Assembly (NCBI RefSeq): GCF_001652585.1
Contig: NZ_LWLG01000009.1
Location: 1-32,000, forward strand
DNA length: 32,000 nt
Source of the DNA: Thermosulfurimonas dismutans
GTDB taxonomy: Bacteria; Desulfobacterota; Thermodesulfobacteria; Thermodesulfobacteriales; Thermodesulfobacteriaceae
Direction of reading: 5' to 3'
The notes below the pieces were generated by a model. That model was not told the origin of the DNA. It saw only the letters and a list, made by a program, of their open reading frames with translations, and made no database searches. Of this stretch, positions 6,377 to 15,335 are shown one piece after another. The translations under genes and the position numbers were made by a program. Position 1 is the stretch's first letter, and each line of letters begins with the position of its first letter.

Positions 6377-8134
6377 TTAAATCCAGAGCTTCATCACCTT
6401 GCGTTCAAGCTTTATCCAGAAGATATCAAGGGGCATGACTAAGAAGTGGAAAAGTAGCACAGCCAAGATCGCAGCCACAATCATCCCAAAAAGGAACAGC
6501 CATCGTCTTCGCTGACGAGCCCTTCTCTCTTCCTCGGTCTCTATATAAGGGAAAACCGAGAGCACCGGAGCCTGCACCAAACGCTGTAGCTCCTCGGGGC
6601 TCTTAATAGAGTGATCCAGGTATTCCGTAAGGGCCATACAGCCTACCCCGGCCCCCAGGGCCAGCACGAAACCTATGAGGACAATGGCCAAACGTTTGGG
6701 CTTGTAAGGTTTTTCCGGAAGCTGGGCCGGATCAATAATGGTAAAACGTTCTCCACTCTGGGATTCCTCAAGCTCTTGGGCAATACGAGCTTCCATCAAT
6801 TTGTTCATGAGTTCGTTGTATTTGAGCCGGGCATTTTCATAGTCCCTCAAAAGGGCATTGTATTCCTTCTCCACTAAAGGGGTATTTTCCAGCCTACGCT
6901 GATACTCCTCAATTTTTTCCTTTATTCTCCTCCTCTCTTCTTCCAAGCTCTTTATTTCTACATCTATAGAAGCAATTTGAGTTAAAAGGTTGATATAAGC
7001 AGGATTGTCCGGTCGGTTGAGGCTGACTTCCGCGGCCGTGGCCGCCCCCGGATCCACCTTCGAAAGCTCCTGCGAAAGGGCCTCTATGTCCTTGGTGAGT
7101 TTTAGCACGTCTGGATGCTTGGGCCCTAGACGGGACCTAAGATCCGCAAGCTGCGCTTGGAGATCGTTCAAACGTTTTACCTTCTCCAAGGTATCATCGG
7201 TTTCACCCAGCTCGGCCTCAAGAGCCGCAATCTCTCTCTTCAATTTCTTGATATCCGGATGGTTCGGTGAAAGAGTGGACCGAAGGCTTATGAGTTTGAG
7301 CCGGAGATACTTGAGACGCTCAACCGGGCTCATCACGGCTTTTCCTTCCTCGGTCTTGATGGGGGCCATGGGATCTACCAGAGCGAGTTGGCCTTCCAGA
7401 TAGACCTTTCGTTCCTGGAGGGAACGTATCTGGGCCTCGATGTCATCCAGATCTCGATTAAGTCTTTCTATGGTCTGAATATTTATGTTAACAAACTCCG
7501 GAAGCTCCCCCATATGTTCCCGTTTGAATTTACTGATCTTTTCTTCTAGCACGCTCATGTGTTTCTTCAGTTCTTCAATTTCCTGTTCTAGAAAAGCCGT
7601 AGTACTGGAGGCCTGCTCCTCTCGGGCCCGAAGATTGTATTCCAGGTAAAGAGAAGCCAGGACATTGGCCACCTGCTGAACCTTCACCGGGTCTCGCCCT
7701 TCATAGGAAAGCGAAAAGGCTATGGTGGCAGAAGATGGCCTCCCCGTACGCTTGTCTGAGACCTCAGCGCTTATGGTCTCGAGCTCAATGTCGTTGCGCA
7801 TCTTATTTATGATTTCCTCCATGGTGTACTTCCCGCGCATCTCGGGATAAAGATCGAAACGCTTGATGATCTCCATAAGATTAGAACGGCTCATGATTTG
7901 CTGGGTGATCATCTGCAACCGCTGTTCCACGTAGCCGGTAACGGTGGTCTTTACATACTCTGGAGGAATCTGTTGTTCTTCTATCAAAATGGTAGTGGTA
8001 GCCCGATAAACCGGAGGGAGAAGAAAGGCCACCAGCGTAATGGCCACAAAGACTAAAACAAAAGGTATAAAAAAGGCCTTTTTACGGCGGCGGAAGACCC
8101 TAATCAAATATTGAACATCCCTCTGTTCATCCAT
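6377..8134 (-). CDS. Polysaccharide chain-length determinant (Wzz/GumC-like, PEP-CTERM-locus subfamily)
   Basis: N-terminal TM helix (FFIPFVLVFVAITLVAFLL) followed by PPVYRATTTILIE. A long coiled-coil periplasmic region, then a C-terminal TM helix. The start is ambiguous: the ATG at 8134 follows a G6 SD-like run, and the alternative is 8176. Confidence 0.75.
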   Translation of the reverse strand: MDEQRDVQYLIRVFRRRKKAFFIPFVLVFVAITLVAFLLPPVYRATTTILIEEQQIPPEYVKTTVTGYVEQRLQMITQQIMSRSNLMEIIKRFDLYPEMRGKYTMEEIINKMRNDIELETISAEVSDKRTGRPSSATIAFSLSYEGRDPVKVQQVANVLASLYLEYNLRAREEQASSTTAFLEQEIEELKKHMSVLEEKISKFKREHMGELPEFVNINIQTIERLNRDLDDIEAQIRSLQERKVYLEGQLALVDPMAPIKTEEGKAVMSPVERLKYLRLKLISLRSTLSPNHPDIKKLKREIAALEAELGETDDTLEKVKRLNDLQAQLADLRSRLGPKHPDVLKLTKDIEALSQELSKVDPGAATAAEVSLNRPDNPAYINLLTQIASIDVEIKSLEEERRRIKEKIEEYQRRLENTPLVEKEYNALLRDYENARLKYNELMNKLMEARIAQELEESQSGERFTIIDPAQLPEKPYKPKRLAIVLIGFVLALGAGVGCMALTEYLDHSIKSPEELQRLVQAPVLSVFPYIETEEERRARQRRRWLFLFGMIVAAILAVLLFHFLVMPLDIFWIKLERKVMKLWI

Positions 8135-8194
8135 ACAGCCCCCCACATCCAGAAGTTTTTTTGCATTATAACGCAAACATTCCCTAGAAAAAGC

Positions 8195-9418
8195 TTAGGG
8201 CGCAAATCCCAACGCCGGAGGTTTTCCGAATTCAAAAGTCAAAACCATCCAAATTTGGTGGCGATCGTACTCGTGGTCTCGCACCTTGTCTCTATAGTCC
8301 GAATAGCTATAAGCCAATTCCAGGGACCAACGTTCGGTCAAAAGGTACTTCAGAGAGGGCCTTAAATAGTAAAAAATATTGTCCTCCTCATAGACTCGCC
8401 CTTTAGAAGAAGTAAGATAGTAGCCTGCGGAAAACAAAAACGACCAGCGGGGACGCAATTTATAGGAAAACCTTCCGTAAATACGGGTGCGATCCACGGC
8501 CTCACCGAAGGAGCTATAGCTTAAATCATTATTGAGACCTAAACGATATGTGGATCGTTCCCCTTTCTTATGAAAAGAAATGTCAGCTAGATAGCTCCAT
8601 TCTTCGTCGGTTTGTTTTCTCTTTTCGAGGATCACCCTAAAGGGCGGCCAGAAACGGGGGTCAACAACCAGGCGTCGATAGTAAAGAAAATAGTCAACCG
8701 ATGTATAACGAACCCCGGCAAAGGCCGTAAATCCGGAAGTCTCTGAAAGGAAACGCTGCCAGCCAAGCAGAAAACCGTAATTGTCCACCTTGCTGGTATC
8801 GGAATCTATATTGGTGTAATAAAAACGGGACATTAAGACATCTCTTCGATTTCTTAGGCGCCGCTGGAAAGATAAGGAGGCAGAAGAGTAATCGTAATCC
8901 ACGTTGTATTGCCAGTCATACTCCGTTCGGGACTTAACAAAATTAAAATTCAGTTGAGTGAGCTCGGTTAAGAGATGGGTTACACCTAAAGAAAAATAAT
9001 ATCGCCGACGGTCCTCTCGAAAACGGACAATACCTGTTTCCTGCAGTTCGGACTCCAGGGTAGTGTCCTTTATTACATAGGCCTGTCCAGAAAACCGCCA
9101 GCGATCCCGCCACTGATAGTCTGTTTTTATTTCGTAGTGCTGGTTTACGGTATCCAGACGATCAAGATCCATGTAATCGTAAATATCCAGACCGGCCCTG
9201 GAGTACCAGGAAAAACGCTCGCTTTTGTAATTAAAAAATAAAGATGGGGAAGTGATACTCAGAAAGTCTTCCTCCGGATTGTAATATGTAAAAGTCACAT
9301 TGTCGTTGTACTCGCCTCGAACTTTCAAGTAAGCGGAAAAAAAGGTATCCGCCGCCCAGAGAGACGAATTCAAGATCAACCAAAAGGCCAAAATAAAAAG
9401 TGCCCTAAGGTACAACAA
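8195..9418 (-). CDS. Outer-membrane beta-barrel protein associated with PEP-CTERM/EPS loci
   Basis: Signal peptide ...LNSSLWA-AD. Aromatic-rich alternating beta-strand pattern throughout. TTG start with SD GAGGAG. Overlaps the upstream gene by 14 nt. Confidence 0.6.
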   Translation of the reverse strand: MLYLRALFILAFWLILNSSLWAADTFFSAYLKVRGEYNDNVTFTYYNPEEDFLSITSPSLFFNYKSERFSWYSRAGLDIYDYMDLDRLDTVNQHYEIKTDYQWRDRWRFSGQAYVIKDTTLESELQETGIVRFREDRRRYYFSLGVTHLLTELTQLNFNFVKSRTEYDWQYNVDYDYSSASLSFQRRLRNRRDVLMSRFYYTNIDSDTSKVDNYGFLLGWQRFLSETSGFTAFAGVRYTSVDYFLYYRRLVVDPRFWPPFRVILEKRKQTDEEWSYLADISFHKKGERSTYRLGLNNDLSYSSFGEAVDRTRIYGRFSYKLRPRWSFLFSAGYYLTSSKGRVYEEDNIFYYLRPSLKYLLTERWSLELAYSYSDYRDKVRDHEYDRHQIWMVLTFEFGKPPALGFAP

Positions 9419-9965
9419 CCACGTCTCCTCGTTTCAGGATAATATTCTGTTCCAAATTCTTACCCCGGGCCACCTCATCGTAGTTGAAAGGGATCTTCAC
9501 GATTTTATCCCCTTCCCGTCGAAGGATAATAATCTTTTTAGAGGAAGCAAATGGGGTAAGTCCTCCGGCCATAGCCAAAATTTGCATAACATCAGTATCC
9601 AAATTTATAGGAAACTCTCCGGGACGGTTGACCTTGCCGATAACATAGGCCTTGAGGCTGTTGATTTTAACCAGCATGACCGTAACGATGGCATCCGGAA
9701 CGTAATCGTTCAAGCGCTCGGTTATGATTCTTCTAAGGTCAGCCACCGTGAGATCGGTAACCTTGATGTCTCCGATAAGGGGATAAGAAATCACTCCATC
9801 CGGAGGAACCACCACCTGCCGATTGAGACGTTCATCCTGCCAGACGGAGATCTCTAAGACATCTCCTGGACCTATCTTGTAAAAGGGAACGTCCATCCCT
9901 TCGGCCATAACAGGCATGGAAAACGCTACACTCAAAAAAATGAACCAAACTATAAAACGTTTCAT
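9405..9965 (-). CDS. Polysaccharide export protein (Wza/Poly_export + SLBB type)
   Basis: Signal peptide MKRFIVWFIFLSVAFSMPVMA. Poly_export signature YKIGPGDVLEISVW...PPDGVISYPLIGDIKV. SD AAGGAGG upstream of the ATG at 9965. Confidence 0.8.
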   Translation of the reverse strand: MKRFIVWFIFLSVAFSMPVMAEGMDVPFYKIGPGDVLEISVWQDERLNRQVVVPPDGVISYPLIGDIKVTDLTVADLRRIITERLNDYVPDAIVTVMLVKINSLKAYVIGKVNRPGEFPINLDTDVMQILAMAGGLTPFASSKKIIILRREGDKIVKIPFNYDEVARGKNLEQNIILKRGDVVVVP

Positions 9966-9991
9966 CCCATTACCTCCTTTTGAATAAAGTA

Positions 9992-12184
9992 TCAAACCTT
10001 TTCAAGGCTCTGAACGACTCTTTCGGCCTCCTTACGGCCTGGAAAACCTTTCTGCCCTTTTAGGGCCTCTTTCAAATATTCCAAGGCCCTTTCTTTCTCT
10101 CCTAGACGGTAATAAACCATGCCTAGATGGTAAGAAATGACCGGATATTTCTTGACCTTATCGCCCAAGCCTTCAAGCAACTCCCGAGCACGATCGTACT
10201 GTCCCTGACGGTATTTAATCCAGGCTAAAGTGTCAACCAGCTCCGGCTGTTTAGGAAACTTTTCCACCCAAGGACGCATTAAACTCTCTGCCCTGGAAAG
10301 ATTTTCCGGAGAGGGTTCGTACTCCGCCAGATAGAAGGCCAAGTTGTTGGCTGCGATCAGGTTTTTCGGATTACGGTCAAGGACCTCTTCGTAAATACGG
10401 CAGGCCTTTTTGTAAGCCCCAGCCTCTCCATAAAGCTGGGCTAGCAAGAGGTTCACCACCGGATGATGGGGATTGCGAGCCTTGAGTTTTTCATAATAGG
10501 AAATGGCCTCCTCGAGGACTCCTTCTTCTCTGGCAAGACGCCCCAAACTAAAAAGGACCCCTGGATTCTGGGGATCAAGCTCCAGGGCCTTTTCTAAGGC
10601 CTTGCGGGCGGCTGCAAAGTTCTTTTGACTAAAGTATAGCTCTCCGAGCATCAACCGATAATGGATATTGTCCGGCCTCCGGGCTATGTGTTGTTTAATT
10701 TGGGCAACGGCCTCCTCCCACTTTTTCTCTCGGAGATATAAGCCCACCAGCATCCTGAGAGCTTCCACATCGTCTGGGTCAGCCTGCAATATCTTCTCAA
10801 TCTCCCTCCGGGCTAGATCCAATTTGCCTTTCCGGTTATAGACCTCCGCCAGTCCGAAGTAAGCTTCCTTGCGTTTTGGAGAAATTTTGAGGATACGCTT
10901 GTAAGTGTCTTCAGCCAAGGAAAGGTCGCCGTTTTTGAAATGGGCCCTAGCCAAACGAAGCATAAGTTCCACACTATTAGGTTCTTCCTTAAGAGCCGCC
11001 CGGTATTCGGCGATAGCACCGACAAAATCGCCCTTCTTAAAGAGAAGATCTCCTTTTAGAGTGTGAGCTCGAACATCTCCGGGATTTTCACGCAAAATCC
11101 TCTCAAGCTCTTGCAAGGCTTCTTCACGTTTGCCTTCTCTAACAAGAAAAGTAGCCTTTAGAAAACGCGCCTGAAGGGCCTGAGGGGTCTTATCTCTTCG
11201 AAGGTAGTCTTCCAAAAGGGTATAAGCCCGAGCCCTTTTCCCCCAGGCGAAATAGTACCCTGACAACACACTCCGAAGGGCAAAGCTGTCAGGAACCCGA
11301 GAAATTCCATCCTCCAGAACCTTCACGAATCTCTCTTTTTCTCCGTACCGACGATAAAAATCAGCTAGAATTAAATAAACCTCTTCGTCTTCGGGATATT
11401 GGGCCAGGAGTTCCCTTAATACTTCCTCTGCTTTTTTACGATTATCCCGGCGCTCATAAAACCCGGCCAGCATAACTCGGGGACCTTTGCTTTTTGGTGC
11501 TCGGGACACCAAAGAAAGATAGAGTTTTTCGGCCTCGTCAAAACGTTTTTCCTTTTCCAAAATCTGAGCAAGCATGACAGTGGCCTGTTCGTGACCGGGA
11601 TGCTTTGTTAGGAGTTCCTCCAAATATCTTTGGGCTTTTTTCGGTTCCTTGCGCTTGAGATGAATCGTAGCCAACATGAGGTAGGGGGCGGGCAAAGAGG
11701 GCTCCTTTTTGCGCAGATCCTCCAGAATTTTTTCAGCCGCTTCTTCCTTATGCTGCCCGAGAAGAGCCGTAGCCTTTAGCAGAATAGCCTCCTGGTTCTC
11801 CGGCTCGCGGGCCAAGACATACTCGGCTTCCTCCAGGGCCCGATCTACCTGATGGGCCATGATCAAAATCTGCCCTCGGGCCAGGCGAGCCCCCAAAAGT
11901 TCCGGATCAAGCTCCACTGCCCGAGAAAGGGCCCCATAAGCCGCTCGCAACTTACCCTGTTTCAGATAAACCATCCCCAAACGGTAATAACCAAAGGCAA
12001 AACGAGGGTCTATCTGGAGGGCGTTCTTGAACTCCACCGCCGCCCGCACATAATTCCCCTCTCGGAAAAATCTTTCTCCTCGCGAGAAAAACCTGTCCCG
12101 CTTTTCCTCGGGGCTTCCTCCGCAACCGCAAAGCAAAAGTAAACAACAGACCAACAAAAACCCTCTCTTTTTAGGAAAAATCAT
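9992..12184 (-). CDS. prsT: TPR-repeat lipoprotein, PrsT-like (PEP-CTERM system TPR lipoprotein)
   Basis: Lipobox-like LLLLCGC-GG after the signal peptide. TPR repeats run over the whole length. Position matches exosortase loci. ATGA overlap with the upstream gene. Confidence 0.7.
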   Translation of the reverse strand: MIFPKKRGFLLVCCLLLLCGCGGSPEEKRDRFFSRGERFFREGNYVRAAVEFKNALQIDPRFAFGYYRLGMVYLKQGKLRAAYGALSRAVELDPELLGARLARGQILIMAHQVDRALEEAEYVLAREPENQEAILLKATALLGQHKEEAAEKILEDLRKKEPSLPAPYLMLATIHLKRKEPKKAQRYLEELLTKHPGHEQATVMLAQILEKEKRFDEAEKLYLSLVSRAPKSKGPRVMLAGFYERRDNRKKAEEVLRELLAQYPEDEEVYLILADFYRRYGEKERFVKVLEDGISRVPDSFALRSVLSGYYFAWGKRARAYTLLEDYLRRDKTPQALQARFLKATFLVREGKREEALQELERILRENPGDVRAHTLKGDLLFKKGDFVGAIAEYRAALKEEPNSVELMLRLARAHFKNGDLSLAEDTYKRILKISPKRKEAYFGLAEVYNRKGKLDLARREIEKILQADPDDVEALRMLVGLYLREKKWEEAVAQIKQHIARRPDNIHYRLMLGELYFSQKNFAAARKALEKALELDPQNPGVLFSLGRLAREEGVLEEAISYYEKLKARNPHHPVVNLLLAQLYGEAGAYKKACRIYEEVLDRNPKNLIAANNLAFYLAEYEPSPENLSRAESLMRPWVEKFPKQPELVDTLAWIKYRQGQYDRARELLEGLGDKVKKYPVISYHLGMVYYRLGEKERALEYLKEALKGQKGFPGRKEAERVVQSLEKV

Positions 12185-13581
12185 AAGGCTCCCTTGCGTT
12201 GCAAGACTACCACGATGGTCTTCAAAATAATTTTTATATCATCTATGAAACGCCAGTTTTCCAAGTATTGGCAATCGAGTTCCACAACCTTATCGAAGTC
12301 GGTGATCTTGTTGCGCCCCGATATTTGCCAGAGACCAGTTATACCGGGCTTGATGGAAATGCGTCGCCAGTGCCAAAGCTCGTACTTCTCCACTTCTTCA
12401 AGGGTAGGTGGACGGGTTCCCACCAAACTCATCTCCCCTTTTAACACGTTCAAAAATTGTGGAAATTCATCCAAAGAGGTTCGGCGCAGGAATCGCCCAA
12501 CTCTGGTTATGCGAGGATCGTTTTCCAGTTTGAACATAGGTCCCTTCATCACATTTTTGGCCATGAGTTCCTTTTTGCGCTCTTCGGCGTCCACATACAT
12601 AGTGCGGAATTTATAGAGGGTGAAAACGCGTCCGTGTTGCCCCACTCGCTTCTGCTTGAAGAGAACCGGCCCCGGAGAATCGAGCTTGATAGCAATGGCC
12701 ACAAAGGGGTACATCAGAAGGAAAAGGACCGTCCCCACTAATCCCCCCACGATGTCCAGAAGGCGTTTGTATAGCAAACCGGTAGCGTTGAATCCATTAA
12801 ACCGTAAAGTGATAAAAGGGATACCTTGAACACTTTCTACATTAAGATGCGGGCTTTCCGGAGACCAAAGAGCCGGCAATATACGGGCTTCCACCCCCAT
12901 TTTACGGCACAGGTCAAGATAGTATGGGAGGTTTATGGCCTTATGGCCTCCCATAGCAAAGACCACCTCATCAATGGGGTGCTTACGAAGGACTTCCGGA
13001 AGGTCTTCAAGTCGTCCGATAACTCCCGGCGAAGAGACTTCGTTCCCCACTAACAGCCGTCCCAGGATCCTGTGGCCCCAGCTGAGTTGCTTTTCCAGGG
13101 CCTCAGCCACGATTTTTCCTCTTTTTTCGTCTCCTACCAGAAGGAGATTACGGGCATAAAACCGGCGACGGGCAAAGTGTTGAAGATATATCTGCACTAG
13201 GAGCCTTTCTACCACGATAAAAAGGAAAGTAAGAAGGGCAAAATATAAAAAGAAGGCCCGAGAGTAATGCATTCTTTTAAAAAGAAAAAGAGAGGCCCCA
13301 AGAAACGAAAAATCTATAACAATGGCCTTGAGTATAGAAGGAATAAGATGAAAACACCGCACAGGTTTGCGGTCGCTGTATAGGCCCACCCGCCCCATGA
13401 CGTAATTGTTTAACAAGGCCACCAGCAACACGGAGAAGGTAAAAAGCTCGGTCTCAATAGACCAACGGCCCCCGGAAAGATGACGACGCAAGAGATAGGC
13501 CCCATAGCCAGCCAATAAAATGGAGAGGGCATCCAGGGCCATTAAAAAGTTATTTATGACCCGGACCTGTTGCTGGAACAT
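12181..13581 (-). CDS. Polyprenyl-phosphate sugar phosphotransferase (WbaP/EpsB-like priming transferase)
   Basis: N-terminal TM helices. C-terminal Bac_transf signature KRLLDIVGGL...DSPGPVLFKQKRVG...FTLYKFRTM...DEFPQFLNVLKGEMSLVGTRPP. Confidence 0.85.
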   Translation of the reverse strand: MFQQQVRVINNFLMALDALSILLAGYGAYLLRRHLSGGRWSIETELFTFSVLLVALLNNYVMGRVGLYSDRKPVRCFHLIPSILKAIVIDFSFLGASLFLFKRMHYSRAFFLYFALLTFLFIVVERLLVQIYLQHFARRRFYARNLLLVGDEKRGKIVAEALEKQLSWGHRILGRLLVGNEVSSPGVIGRLEDLPEVLRKHPIDEVVFAMGGHKAINLPYYLDLCRKMGVEARILPALWSPESPHLNVESVQGIPFITLRFNGFNATGLLYKRLLDIVGGLVGTVLFLLMYPFVAIAIKLDSPGPVLFKQKRVGQHGRVFTLYKFRTMYVDAEERKKELMAKNVMKGPMFKLENDPRITRVGRFLRRTSLDEFPQFLNVLKGEMSLVGTRPPTLEEVEKYELWHWRRISIKPGITGLWQISGRNKITDFDKVVELDCQYLENWRFIDDIKIILKTIVVVLQRKGAL

Positions 13582-13593
13582 ACTACCACCCCC

Positions 13594-15108
13594 CTAGTCC
13601 GGGATAAATTTAACCAGTTCCGGCCAAAGGTAAACCAGAAATTTTTTGAACTCGCGCTCGGCCTCTCGTGGGGCTATCTCCGAGGCCAGCAACATCTCTA
13701 TCCTGACCAAGGCCCCATCTGTACGACGACGGGTAATGGCATCCCAAAAAAGATAAAACTTGTGCCACCAGGGACTGGTGATGACCCGACCCCGCTGCAG
13801 GAAAAAGTAAGCGGCCAACAGGCGCTGGCCCCTCTTCTCCAGCCACATATATCTTATCGGGATGACCCTGGCAGGAGAAACTTTAAGTTTCCAGTCCCCT
13901 GACTTGAGAATGGCCCATCCGCTTCCCAAGAGGCAGGACTGCGGAGCATGAGCCGTGTGCCGTGTAGTTTGATAGCTATAATAAGGGATAAGCAAATATA
14001 TGATTCCAGGGAACCCTTCTCGACGATAAACGCTATAAACATAGTCGTCTGCCCAGAGTGATTTCAAAGTTCGAGAGGAGAGCTTCAGGCGTTCGCCCTG
14101 CCAGCCGTCTATCTCCATCGGAAAAACGGCTAAACTTGCTTTAGTTGGGACAATGAAAGTCTTGGGAAAAAAGCGAAAACCCACTCCCCCTGCCACCACT
14201 ATTAAAGAAAAGAGAGAGACCAACACCGGGAAACTTTTCGGAGGGGAAGTCATTTTCTTCGGTTTCACTACAGATTCTTCTTTGACGATTCGGCCTTCAA
14301 ATTGTCTTAGGAGAACGGCCACTAGGAACAAAAGACCCCCAGCCAAGACAAACACCAGCCACCCCGCAAAATAGTGCGAAAAACCCTCCGCCCACTCTCT
14401 CAAACCTTTGAAATACAACAAGCCCAGTAAAAAGATCCGAAAGGCATTGGCTACCACAGAGACCAGAGGCACCAGGGCCAAAAGCAAAGCCCGAGACCAC
14501 CATCGGCGAAGCACATAATAATCCATGAGGAGGGCTAGCAGGACTAAAGGCATGAAATATCGCAGACCGCTACAGGCCTCCACCACCTGAAGTTGGGCTA
14601 CCCCCAGATCAATGATATTTCCCTCCCGGAAGACACTAAGACCGCTTAACCTCATCAGGGAAACCGCAAGGGCAGAGGTTAGAATCTGAAGCCGGAAAGT
14701 AAGCAAACGATTGATGAAGGGAGGAAGAGGTATCATGAAGAGAAGGATGAGAAAGGGGAAAGCCAGCTCTCGAAGGCGCCTCCCGTAAAGAATCAGCCCT
14801 AGGGCCACTATAGAAAGCCAGAAACCGAAGTAAAGAAGGGTCTCAAGAGAAGAAAGCTCTCCAAGAAAGCTTATCCCGATAGCCAAAACAATGAGGGCAA
14901 TTCCCTCATAACTTCCTGAAAGCAAACCAAAGTCGAAAGTTTTCCTTTTTTCCCAGCAAAGATAAAAGAAAAGAGGGGGAATCAAATAACAATAACTATT
15001 GTCGCCACTATTCCAGCGAATAAAAAGCTTACGAATTGCCGGAGCATAGGCCAACAGAAGGACCGTCGGGCCAACCAGGCACCAAAAACACTTCTTAAAA
15101 TTTCTCAC
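13594..15108 (-). CDS. Exosortase (EpsH/XrtA-like) fused to a C-terminal EpsI-family domain
   Basis: Multi-TM N-terminal half carries the exosortase catalytic-type motifs VVEACSGLRYF (Cys codon 14574-14572), NAFRIFLLG and HYFAGWLVF. C-terminal half has an EpsI-like TM helix, then FPMEIDGWQGE...HAPQSCLLGSGW. GTG start with a G-rich SD. Confidence 0.85.
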   Translation of the reverse strand: MRNFKKCFWCLVGPTVLLLAYAPAIRKLFIRWNSGDNSYCYLIPPLFFYLCWEKRKTFDFGLLSGSYEGIALIVLAIGISFLGELSSLETLLYFGFWLSIVALGLILYGRRLRELAFPFLILLFMIPLPPFINRLLTFRLQILTSALAVSLMRLSGLSVFREGNIIDLGVAQLQVVEACSGLRYFMPLVLLALLMDYYVLRRWWSRALLLALVPLVSVVANAFRIFLLGLLYFKGLREWAEGFSHYFAGWLVFVLAGGLLFLVAVLLRQFEGRIVKEESVVKPKKMTSPPKSFPVLVSLFSLIVVAGGVGFRFFPKTFIVPTKASLAVFPMEIDGWQGERLKLSSRTLKSLWADDYVYSVYRREGFPGIIYLLIPYYSYQTTRHTAHAPQSCLLGSGWAILKSGDWKLKVSPARVIPIRYMWLEKRGQRLLAAYFFLQRGRVITSPWWHKFYLFWDAITRRRTDGALVRIEMLLASEIAPREAEREFKKFLVYLWPELVKFIPD

Positions 15109-15335
15109 TTAACTACCCACCCCCCTTTAAAACCGGTGGTACCTTAACGACTGAATAACAAGTTTCTATCTTAAGCGACTTATCGAATTTCTAGGCCAGA
15201 CTGTTTTTTGTAATTCCAACTATCAAATAGCAATTCTCATGTCAAATCTCAAATAGCATAAATTTCATTGACTTGGTCCAGTTCCATAAACCGAGTTAAA
15301 ATTGAGATCAAAAAATTTCGACGGAGCTGGCAAAA
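15109..15335. promoter_or_regulatory. AT-rich divergent control region between the exosortase operon and hisHF; contains a 10-bp direct repeat
   Basis: At 227 bp it is one of the longest intergenic gaps in the window. TCAAATAGCA occurs at 15223-15232 and 15249-15258. A TTGACA on the minus strand lies between them. I found no convincing -10 element. Confidence 0.4.

Noticed and set aside
13582-15130. Near-identical G-rich strings upstream of two starts: GGGGGGTGGTAGT before 13581 and GGGGGGTGGGTAGT before 15108
   Set aside because: They are best explained as strong G-rich Shine-Dalgarno sequences. Similar G-runs precede the starts at 8134 and 3476. They do not look like a dispersed repeat or a regulatory element.
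15229-15244. Sigma54-like element on the minus strand: TGACAT-N5-TTGCT upstream of the exosortase operon
   Set aside because: The spacing and the -12 TTGC fit, but the near-invariant -24 GG is GA here. Without a scan or score I cannot support it. It may simply be the TTGACA of a sigma70 -35.
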